The notes under the pieces were generated by a model that was not told the DNA's origin, searched no databases, and worked only from the letters and a program-made list of their open reading frames with translations. Shown in pieces: positions 56,927-64,000 of a stretch of DNA of 64,000 nucleotides. How positions within the stretch are numbered: position 1 is the first letter of the stretch; each line of letters opens with the position of its first letter. The position numbers and the translations under genes are program-made. Origin of the DNA: Lentimicrobiaceae bacterium (GTDB lineage Bacteria; Bacteroidota; Bacteroidia; Bacteroidales; F082); the NCBI GenBank assembly GCA_015061365.1, contig SUWS01000002.1, positions 22,806-86,805 of the forward strand, given 5' to 3'.

Positions 56927-56934
56927 CAAAGATA
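56927..56934 (-). promoter_or_regulatory. -7 box TAtcTTTG (minus strand) for the ClC gene
   Basis: The plus strand reads caaagata. Confidence 0.55.
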
Positions 56935-57106
56935 AAAAAATGAATTTATAGTACGGATATTTTTGTCAATATTTTTTTTATGTTCTATCTTTTAGGAATC
57001 TTATTACAGAACAGTCACTTATAATATTATTTTAACTGTTTTTAAACTTTTATAAAAAAAATTAAGATTTAACTTAATTTTTATTAAGTACTAAAGAAAA
57101 AAGTAT

Positions 57107-57114
57107 TATCTTTG
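57107..57114 (+). promoter_or_regulatory. Orphan -7 box TAtcTTTG
   Basis: Exact consensus on the plus strand with no plus-strand ORF downstream. Confidence 0.55.
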
Positions 57115-57120
57115 CAGTGC

Positions 57121-57215
57121 GAATGATGTAAATCCATATAACATTATTCGTAAGGTTTCATAAATTTTGGTTTTTGGTTCTCGAGACCGTCCTGCTCAGG
57201 GACGGTCTCTTTTTT
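57121..57215 (+). ncRNA. Candidate small RNA of about 95 nt
   Basis: Bounded by the promoter box at 57107 and a strong terminator. There is an internal 9-bp hairpin cgaatgatg/cattattcg. It contains no ORF. Confidence 0.4.
57183..57215 (+). terminator. Rho-independent terminator
   Basis: gagaccgtcc-tgctcag-ggacggtctc (perfect 10-bp stem) followed by tttttt. Confidence 0.85.
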
Positions 57216-57313
57216 ATATATAGAATGTAGATCAACTGATTGACAGTTTATTAAAACACACCAATTACATATTGTTTATTTTCAATTTTCAACTTTCAAC
57301 TTTCAATTCAATT

Positions 57314-57370
57314 GAGACGCAACAATTACATATTGTTTATTTTCATCGGTGTAATTGGTACGTCTCTACA
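57314..57370 (+). repeat. Conserved hairpin element, copy 1
   Basis: gagacgcaacaattaca-(19 nt)-tgtaattggtacgtctc taca. About 90% identical to 61321-61376. There is a partial left half at 57260-57284. Confidence 0.8.
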
Positions 57371-57459
57371 TTAATTTTCAATTTTCAACTTTCAATTTTC
57401 AATTAATAAAAAACCCCACCTCTACTCGAAAGGCGGGGAAAAACAATATAAAGATTATG

Positions 57460-57502
57460 AAAAAAATTTCGGCGTCACGAAACATTATCAAAACGCCGAA
57501 AT
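57460..57502 (-). terminator. Rho-independent terminator (minus strand) downstream of the PHP phosphatase gene
   Basis: 10-bp stem atttcggcgt/acgccgaaat. A T-tract follows on the minus strand. A second hairpin plus T-tract lies at about 57408-57438. Confidence 0.7.
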
Positions 57503-57595
57503 CTCCTTAATATTATGTAATACATTATTTTTTCGTAAGAAAGAATATATGCATTCGTTTATAATATCATTAAATAAATTGAAACAATATCATTT

Positions 57596-58435
57596 TTACA
57601 AACTCACATACCTAAATTCTCCACTTCTAAAACATACGGTCTCCTTATATCCGGCAGTTCGCAACGCCTCTTCCGCTTCATTGAAACATAAGGTCAACTC
57701 TTCGGCTTTATGCGAATCTGAACTGATGACAACAGGAATATCCATCTCCTTCATAACAGGAAGTATCCATGTCGAAGGATAAAAATCATCGCTGCGTTTC
57801 TTATAAATGCCTCGGGTATTAACCTCAACAATCAACGACTTCTCTTTAATCAAGGTGAGTGTCTCCATCAGATAGTCGCGATACCATTTGTCTTCTTCGC
57901 TGAAATATCGTCCGCGATTGTGCATCTTGATCTTGTCAAAATGACCTACAATGTCGAATTCCTCGGTCTCTATCATTTCATTATATTGATGGAAAAACGC
58001 CCTCACACCTTTCTTAATATCTCCGTCAAAATAACTGAAAAGTCCCTCATCGTAAGTCTCGTATTTGGATCCGTCAATAAACCATAATCTGTCGATGTCA
58101 TTTCCTACAAGATGAACAGATCCGATAAGATAATCCAAGCCGAGAGTTTCTTTTGTTTCTTTAAAATTATTAACGATACCTGGTATGAAGTCCATCTCCA
58201 TCGAACAATATATCTCGATCTCGTCCTTGTATTTTTCTTTCAATGACTTTATTGTCGAGATATAATTATCGACCTCACCATTCTTTATCGCAAAGGTATT
58301 CTCGAAAGGAACTGGTGAATGGTCTGAGAATCCAAGCACTTCCATTCCTTGGTTGATGGCCTCGACAACGACTTCCTCCGGTGTTGATTTACCGTCGGAG
58401 AAGATGCTGTGTGTATGTAAATTGAATTTCTGCAT
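57596..58435 (-). CDS. PHP-domain histidinol-phosphatase (HisJ family)
   Basis: MQKFNLHTHSIFSDGKSTPEE..., GFSDHSP, GSVH and ISSDSH metal-ligand motifs. Confidence 0.8.
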   Translation of the reverse strand: MQKFNLHTHSIFSDGKSTPEEVVVEAINQGMEVLGFSDHSPVPFENTFAIKNGEVDNYISTIKSLKEKYKDEIEIYCSMEMDFIPGIVNNFKETKETLGLDYLIGSVHLVGNDIDRLWFIDGSKYETYDEGLFSYFDGDIKKGVRAFFHQYNEMIETEEFDIVGHFDKIKMHNRGRYFSEEDKWYRDYLMETLTLIKEKSLIVEVNTRGIYKKRSDDFYPSTWILPVMKEMDIPVVISSDSHKAEELTLCFNEAEEALRTAGYKETVCFRSGEFRYVSL

Positions 58436-58449
58436 TATGTTAATGAATA

Positions 58450-59700
58450 TTAAGATTCGGCATCTATGACCTTATATACTTTATCGCCACGGCGTATCAC
58501 ATCTTTTACAGGTATAGAGCAGAGTTCGCCTTTTTCTGTGGATTCGACAGGTTTGAGGTCGACGCGGATCTCTGACACCTTATCTTCATAGACGCCAGTC
58601 GTAGGACCGATAATCATGATGTCGTCGCCAACCTTAAGGTCTTGAGTCTCCATTCTGATTTCCGCGACGTTGATCTTGGCGAAGAAATTGGTAACTGTTC
58701 CGACGAAGATCTTTGTCTTGGTAGCTTGAGATCCGTAACGCTGTGTCCATTCGCCCATTTTTCTTCCGAGATAATAGCCGTCCCAGAAGTCACGGTTATA
58801 GACGCTGCGCAGACGTTCAGTCCATTGAGCTATTTTCTCTTCTGTGAACTCGCCGTTTTGAATGGCTTTTACCGCTTCGCTATAAACACCAACCGTCACT
58901 TTTGTATATTCTGGCGAACGTCCGCGTCCTTCAATCTTAAGGATTTTCACGCCGGCATCAAGAACCTTGTCCAAGAACGGAAGTGTGCATAAGTCTTTTG
59001 GCGACATGATATATTCGTTTTCGATGGCGAGCGTTATCTCCTTGTCGCGATCTTGTACGGTATAACCTCTGCGGCAAGGTTGTACGCAGGCACCTCTGTT
59101 TGCGGAAGTGTTGAAGTTATCTAAGCTGAGATAACATTTGCCGGAGACAGCCATACATAATGCGCCGTGGCAGAACACCTCAATTCTGATGAGTTCGCCC
59201 TTAGGACCTCTGATATTCTGTTCCTCGATTTTCCTTGTGATATTCTTAACTTGATTTACAGAGACTTCACGTGCTGTCACCATCACATCCGCAAATTGGG
59301 AATAATATTTTATCGCCTCGATATTCGTGATGTTACATTGTGTCGACATGTGAACCTCTACACCGATCTGGCGGGCGTATTGGATCACGCTTTGGTCGGA
59401 GGCGATGATAGCTGATATCCCGTTAGCTTTAACGGCGTCGACGAGTTGCCGCATCTCATCAAGTTCTTCATCGAAAACGACAGTGTTAATTGTGACGTAG
59501 CTTTTAACATTATTCTCGTTACATATCGTAGCGATTTTGTTGAGGTCGTCTAATGTGAAGTTCTTTGCTGATTTGGAGCGCATATTAAGGCGTCCGATGC
59601 CGAAATACACCGAACCTGCTCCGGCTTGAATGGCAGCCGATAAGGCCTCGTAAGAGCCTACCGGCGCCATTATCTCGATGTCATTATAATTCCTTTCCAA
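58450..59700 (-). CDS. Peptidase U32 family protein
   Basis: IEIMAPVGSYEALSAAIQAGAGSVYFG..., CHGALCMAVSGKCYLS. Typical U32. Confidence 0.85.
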   Translation of the reverse strand: MERNYNDIEIMAPVGSYEALSAAIQAGAGSVYFGIGRLNMRSKSAKNFTLDDLNKIATICNENNVKSYVTINTVVFDEELDEMRQLVDAVKANGISAIIASDQSVIQYARQIGVEVHMSTQCNITNIEAIKYYSQFADVMVTAREVSVNQVKNITRKIEEQNIRGPKGELIRIEVFCHGALCMAVSGKCYLSLDNFNTSANRGACVQPCRRGYTVQDRDKEITLAIENEYIMSPKDLCTLPFLDKVLDAGVKILKIEGRGRSPEYTKVTVGVYSEAVKAIQNGEFTEEKIAQWTERLRSVYNRDFWDGYYLGRKMGEWTQRYGSQATKTKIFVGTVTNFFAKINVAEIRMETQDLKVGDDIMIIGPTTGVYEDKVSEIRVDLKPVESTEKGELCSIPVKDVIRRGDKVYKVIDAES

Positions 59701-59721
59701 ATTAATTTTTATTAAGAGATG

Positions 59722-61065
59722 TTATTCAATTCTTTTTCTGAGATCTTCAGCTCTTTCCTCGAATCCTTTTTTGCCGAGGAGAGCGAACATGTTTTTCTTG
59801 TAAGCCTCAACGCCTGGTTGGTCGAAAGGATTAACTTCCAACATATAGCCGCTCAAGGCGCATCCCATTTCGAAGAAATAGATAAGTTCGCCTATTGTAG
59901 AAGCCGAGATCTCCGGAATCTGTATTATGATGTTAGGCACTCCGCCGTCGACGTGAGCGAGGATTGTAGCTGTCTCCGCGGTACGATTCACCTCAGAGAG
60001 TCGTTTGCCCGCGATATAATTCAGCTGGTCGAGGTCGTTGTCGGCGAGAGGTATTCTGATTTCTTTAGTAGGTTTCTCCACAGATATAATCGTCTCGAAC
60101 AAGTTGCGTAGTCCTTCCTGAATATATTGACCCATGGAGTGCAAGTCGGTGGTGAAGGTGTCGGAAGCAGGGAAGATGCCCTTACCCTCTTTGCCTTCGC
60201 TCTCGCCGTAGAGCTGCTTCCACCATTCTGCGATATAATGCAGACGAGGCTCGTAGCTTACTAAAATCTCATTTGTCTTTCCGTCGTGATATAAAGCCTG
60301 GCGAGCCATGGCATACTGTGCCACTACGTTATCGCAGTTCTGGTTTTCCTTGCAGTAGGTCTCCATTGCGAGTGCACCGTTGACGAGTTCTTCGATGTCG
60401 ATGCCTGCCACAGCTATAGGAAGAAGACCGACAGGTGTCAATACCGAATAACGGCCGCCCACGTTATCAGGGACGATGTATGTTTTGTAACCTTCTTCGT
60501 TGGCCAAGGTCTTGAGTGCGCCTTTTGCCTTGTCGGTGATAGCGACGATACGAGTTCTCGCTTCTTCTTTACCGTATTTATTTTCAAGATGATTCTTCAG
60601 GATTCTGAAGGCTACGGCTGGTTCTGTCGTGGTTCCGGATTTGGATATTACTGCCATTGAGTAATCTTTTTGGTCGAGGAGTTCCAAGAGTTCGACCATA
60701 TATTCTTCACTCATATTATGACCGGCATAGACTATCTGTGTGTCGTCGGCTCTGTTGAGCAAGGAACCGAACTGATGAGATATAGCCTCGATGACTGCTC
60801 TCGCTCCGAGGTAAGAACCGCCGATGCCTACTACTACAAAGACTTGAGATTTCTTACGTAACAATTCAGCTTGATCCTTAATATCTTTTATGAATTCTTT
60901 TGTCATTTCGGAGGGAAGTGTTGTCCATCCTAAGAAATCGTTACCTGCTCCTCGTTTCTCATATATGGTTGTGAAAGTTTCTTTGATTTTGTTTTTGTAT
61001 ACAAGAAGTTGATCTTCAGAGATGAAATTCTTAATGTGCTTTAGGTTTGTGCTTGTTTGTATCAT
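59722..61065 (-). CDS. pgi: Glucose-6-phosphate isomerase
   Basis: VVVGIGGSYLGARA, ISKSGTTTEP, GGRYSVL and GESEGK motifs. Confidence 0.95.
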   Translation of the reverse strand: MIQTSTNLKHIKNFISEDQLLVYKNKIKETFTTIYEKRGAGNDFLGWTTLPSEMTKEFIKDIKDQAELLRKKSQVFVVVGIGGSYLGARAVIEAISHQFGSLLNRADDTQIVYAGHNMSEEYMVELLELLDQKDYSMAVISKSGTTTEPAVAFRILKNHLENKYGKEEARTRIVAITDKAKGALKTLANEEGYKTYIVPDNVGGRYSVLTPVGLLPIAVAGIDIEELVNGALAMETYCKENQNCDNVVAQYAMARQALYHDGKTNEILVSYEPRLHYIAEWWKQLYGESEGKEGKGIFPASDTFTTDLHSMGQYIQEGLRNLFETIISVEKPTKEIRIPLADNDLDQLNYIAGKRLSEVNRTAETATILAHVDGGVPNIIIQIPEISASTIGELIYFFEMGCALSGYMLEVNPFDQPGVEAYKKNMFALLGKKGFEERAEDLRKRIE

Positions 61066-61089
61066 GATATTATGTTTTTATAATTTCTA

Positions 61090-61097
61090 CAAAGATA
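61090..61097 (-). promoter_or_regulatory. -7 box TAtcTTTG (minus strand) for pgi
   Basis: The plus strand reads caaagata, 25 nt upstream of the pgi ATG. Confidence 0.6.
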
Positions 61098-61320
61098 GAA
61101 AAAAGACAACAGACAACAGACAGCGGACAACAGATTTTTTTTAAAATCTGAGAAACTGAGAAAACTTTTGGCTTTTGAACTAAGACTATTGAACTAAGGC
61201 TATTGAACTAAGGCTATTGAACTTTAGCTCATGGCTCAAAGCTCAACGTTCAAGGTTCAAAGTTCAAGGCTCAAAACTTTTCTCAGATTCTCAGGTTCTC
61301 AGATTTTCAGATTCAAAAAA

Positions 61321-61376
61321 AGACGTATCAATTACATATTGTTAATTTTCAATGGTGTAATTGGTACGTCTCTACA
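61321..61376 (+). repeat. Conserved hairpin element, copy 2
   Basis: agacgtatcaattaca-(19 nt)-tgtaattggtacgtct ctaca. 16-bp stem with one mismatch. Confidence 0.8.
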
Positions 61377-61450
61377 GATGACGAATTTTAGAATTCTGGA
61401 ACTATAGAACTTTAGAAGCAAAATTCCAAAATTCTAAGAAAGACTCCTGA

Positions 61451-61879
61451 TTATTCAGAGAACATCTCATCTGTGACTCCTAAGAAATATTTGGCTTCAT
61501 ATATTCCCATAAAATAATCAAAAATTATTGGCAAATCATCAGCCTCATCATAACAATGTTTTGGTAGGTATTGGACACTATCACTGATTTTTCTGTATAT
61601 TTTTATGTGTTGTAACTTTTGAGAAATATCAAAAACAGACGGATAGTCTTCTCCATCTTCCCGATCTACATATCCTAAATCTATACCATACAGCTCATCG
61701 GATTTAACAATTTGTGTAGAATTATCATTTAGCGTATAATCGATATAAATATCTCTATCTGTATAGTTTCTTGTCACTAAAATGCATCTGTACTCTGATT
61801 TATTAGAGCAACTTGCCATACATATTGCGACATAGACAACCAAAGCAAGCTTTTGGAACAATATTCTAATTGTTTTCAT
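61451..61879 (-). CDS. Hypothetical lipoprotein
   Basis: MKTIRILFQKLALVVYVAICMASCSNK has a signal peptide plus a lipobox-like Cys. The track ORF extends 9 codons further upstream. Confidence 0.4.
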   Translation of the reverse strand: MKTIRILFQKLALVVYVAICMASCSNKSEYRCILVTRNYTDRDIYIDYTLNDNSTQIVKSDELYGIDLGYVDREDGEDYPSVFDISQKLQHIKIYRKISDSVQYLPKHCYDEADDLPIIFDYFMGIYEAKYFLGVTDEMFSE

Positions 61880-62007
61880 AGTAATATTCTTAAAACAGAC
61901 TTTCATGTAAATAAATATAAGGCAGGTTCTATTTATTAACTTTTTATCCTTAATCGTGGGCAGAACCGCATTGTTCCCATGATTGAAGATTTATATTAAG
62001 AGGATTT

Positions 62008-62745
62008 TCATAAATTGCCAGAGATACGATAGTGATGTATTTTACCGGCACGTAATGACAACAATATATAGATAAACACCATACTTATTACTATCGAAGA
62101 ATGATCGCCATCAATAACAGATGTAACAAGTCTTATTATTTGCAATGACAGGAATAAACAAAACAGACATTCCCATATAATGTAACCTTTGTATTTTGCA
62201 TGTTTTAGCAGCAAAGATGTTTTAAGATCTGACTTTCTTAATGCTAAAAATAAGAATACATTCAATGGTATTATGCCTAATACGCACATATTCATAGTGA
62301 TGGAAATAGGAATCCCTATACTATCTGAAAAAGGAGGATAATATCCTCTCGACAATCTAATACCATAATATAAAAAACTTCCTGCTATTTCTAACAACAA
62401 CATGATATTGGACAAGCAGACTATGCCGACTTTCTTCATCGCTTTTAATTTTAAGAAGTCGTGCCAACGATTTATTCTTTTAACATACAAGAACAACAAG
62501 ATAAATGCTGAAGACACAATTAATCCGTTTCCAATATCCATTATTGGATTTATATTATCATATAGTTCTTCGTAATATTTTTCTTCGCTGATTTCTCCGT
62601 TATAATATTTCTCGTTGAGCACTTCATATTCTTTCGTTTCCGAATATTTCGGCATTCTTAATGATAGAAACAGCATAAATAATCCTACTATCAGCATTAA
62701 GAAAAACAATATCTTAGGACTATAACATTTTGTTATTTTTACCAT
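62008..62745 (-). CDS. Multi-pass membrane protein, candidate immunity protein for the upstream RHS toxin
   Basis: Its ATG overlaps the RHS stop by 7 nt (ATGGTAA). About 6 hydrophobic segments. Confidence 0.45.
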   Translation of the reverse strand: MVKITKCYSPKILFFLMLIVGLFMLFLSLRMPKYSETKEYEVLNEKYYNGEISEEKYYEELYDNINPIMDIGNGLIVSSAFILLFLYVKRINRWHDFLKLKAMKKVGIVCLSNIMLLLEIAGSFLYYGIRLSRGYYPPFSDSIGIPISITMNMCVLGIIPLNVFLFLALRKSDLKTSLLLKHAKYKGYIIWECLFCLFLSLQIIRLVTSVIDGDHSSIVISMVFIYILLSLRAGKIHHYRISGNL

Positions 62746-63821
62746 GGTGTATGTATTTTAGGATTGTCACCCCATCCGTAAATTTTAAATGGAGTACCAT
62801 TACCAACTATTATTTTTGCTACTCTTGTTGCTATATTTCTCATCATACTTCCTCCTGAATTAAAATCATAGGTATCTATATATGCGCTATTAGAATTTCC
62901 TAACTTTACTTCTCCTATATCATGATCAATCATATGAAGTGTAAGTGTTCCATAAACTCTTCCAACATCTTTGTCAGATTCCATGTCAAAGAAAAAATTA
63001 TGTGTTATACGATTTTGCCCATTAAAATCAATTATGGATAATGGAGATAAGTCCATTAAGGATTGATTAACATACAACGCTTCACCATTTCCATTTCTCC
63101 ACCATTCCCTTGCTTCTAAATCAGTCAAATATCCGTCCCAATCCGGACGATTTTTTAGATTAGAGTAGTGCGTCTTCATCTTTAGTTGTGCCATCTCTAA
63201 ATTTTTTTCATTCAGAGATGTAGATAATGCCAAAGCATCCTCATGAGACATTCCCTGTACAAAATCATTTACGTTCATTACAATGGCATCACCCTGCAAT
63301 CCTTCGTCATCAGTGCCAAGGAAGTTCCCATCTTCATCATAAATTGGAGATGGCGATCCCTCAACAATATCGGTATTGAAAGAATTTCCGTTTTTTGAGT
63401 TGGAAGATTTCAACCAGATAAAATACTGCGGATTAAGAACATCATTTCTTCCTCTCACCACATACCCGCTCGGGTCGGTAAATCTCAGCGGGTTGTTGAA
63501 GCAGTAGGAGTAGCGGTTGTAGGATTGGGAGTATTCCGGGTCTTGTATCACAATGTCGGGTGAGAGCATACGCCCGACGAGAGGGTCGTATAATCTGCCG
63601 TTCATGTTTATGAGATTGAAGTCGCGGTAGTGTTCGTGCATGCAGAAGCCTCTGTCGAAGGCGGTGTTTATGTTGTCGTATTGGAGCGTATTATGATTTC
63701 TCTCGCGTCCCCAGGCATCAAAGCTGTAATATTCCACCTCGCCATCGGTAACGGTGGCATACAAACTTCCTATATGGTCTTTCAAAACGTAGCTCATGGC
63801 GGAGGTGTCGTTATGAGTCAC
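62739..63821 (-). CDS. Orphan RHS repeat-associated core C-terminus plus a variable toxin domain
   Basis: LKDHIGSLYA..., YYSFDAWGRE, NGRLYDPLVGRMLSPD and YSYCFNNPLRFTDPSGY (the core-terminating motif), followed by about 245 aa of unrelated sequence. The frame is closed by a stop a few codons upstream, so the large N-terminal RHS body is absent. Confidence 0.75.
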   Translation of the reverse strand: MTHNDTSAMSYVLKDHIGSLYATVTDGEVEYYSFDAWGRERNHNTLQYDNINTAFDRGFCMHEHYRDFNLINMNGRLYDPLVGRMLSPDIVIQDPEYSQSYNRYSYCFNNPLRFTDPSGYVVRGRNDVLNPQYFIWLKSSNSKNGNSFNTDIVEGSPSPIYDEDGNFLGTDDEGLQGDAIVMNVNDFVQGMSHEDALALSTSLNEKNLEMAQLKMKTHYSNLKNRPDWDGYLTDLEAREWWRNGNGEALYVNQSLMDLSPLSIIDFNGQNRITHNFFFDMESDKDVGRVYGTLTLHMIDHDIGEVKLGNSNSAYIDTYDFNSGGSMMRNIATRVAKIIVGNGTPFKIYGWGDNPKIHTPW

Positions 63822-64000
63822 AAAGATAGCGAATAATAATAAATCACATCAAAGAATTTCATAATCTTTTTCATGGCTGGTAATTTTTATAAAATTCATT
63901 CCATAGATATTCATTACTTTCGGAAGGTGCTCTATCTAAAGGAACAGACTATTGGCAATAATACAAACAATGGAATTAAACTGAGTATAATAAAGACAAT

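Noticed and set aside
63932-64000. A possible C-terminal end of a further minus-strand membrane ORF (...IVFIILSLIPLFVLLPIVCSFR*) at the window edge.
   Set aside because: Only 22 codons are visible, which is too little to call.

Overview
This is a low-GC chromosomal window that looks Bacteroidota (Bacteroidales-like), judging by TAnnTTTG promoter boxes and Bacteroides-style gene families. I saw no rRNA, CRISPR array or transposase.

Layout:
1. 1-6.3 kb: a scrambled edge of a polysaccharide locus. Gene fragments (two rfbB 3' ends, one ugd 5' end) are interleaved with accessory cassettes: DUF3990-like, a C39-like peptidase, and two AAA-ATPase/PDDEXK paralogues. Most are preceded by a conserved G-poor element of about 75 bp.
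2. 6.3-19.5 kb: a Wzx/Wzy-type polysaccharide locus with GT4, GT2, a GT10 fucosyltransferase, acetyltransferases, LicD, a TagD-like enzyme and an initiating phosphoglycosyl transferase.
3. 19.6-22.9 kb: two mosaic RhuM-like genes and an AlbA_2/ATPase regulator-like gene.
4. 22.9-37.7 kb: a second polysaccharide block. It carries the GDP-fucose pathway (ManC-type, gmd, fcl), a cytidylyltransferase-GHMP kinase fusion, a mutarotase, CapD, a Wzi-like protein, an O-antigen-ligase-like protein and a second initiating transferase.
5. 37.8-41.5 kb: tRNA-Asn, a PfkB kinase and an EF-G paralogue lacking the switch-II His.
6. 41.6-52.2 kb: the most unusual part.
   - A tyrosine recombinase is followed by perfect 18-bp inverted repeats bracketing 124 bp, a candidate invertible switch.
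   - Next comes a co-directional cluster: an E2-like protein carrying a 2 x 49-aa tandem module, a JAMM peptidase, an E1-like protein and two small membrane proteins.
   - The cluster continues with a SPASM radical-SAM enzyme, a 42-aa Cys-rich precursor-like ORF, a B12 radical-SAM enzyme, an unknown membrane protein and an M42 peptidase.
7. 52.3-61 kb: housekeeping genes on the minus strand, plus an orphan promoter-terminator sRNA candidate and a conserved hairpin repeat.
8. 61.4-63.8 kb: an orphan RHS C-terminal toxin cassette with an overlapping membrane immunity candidate.
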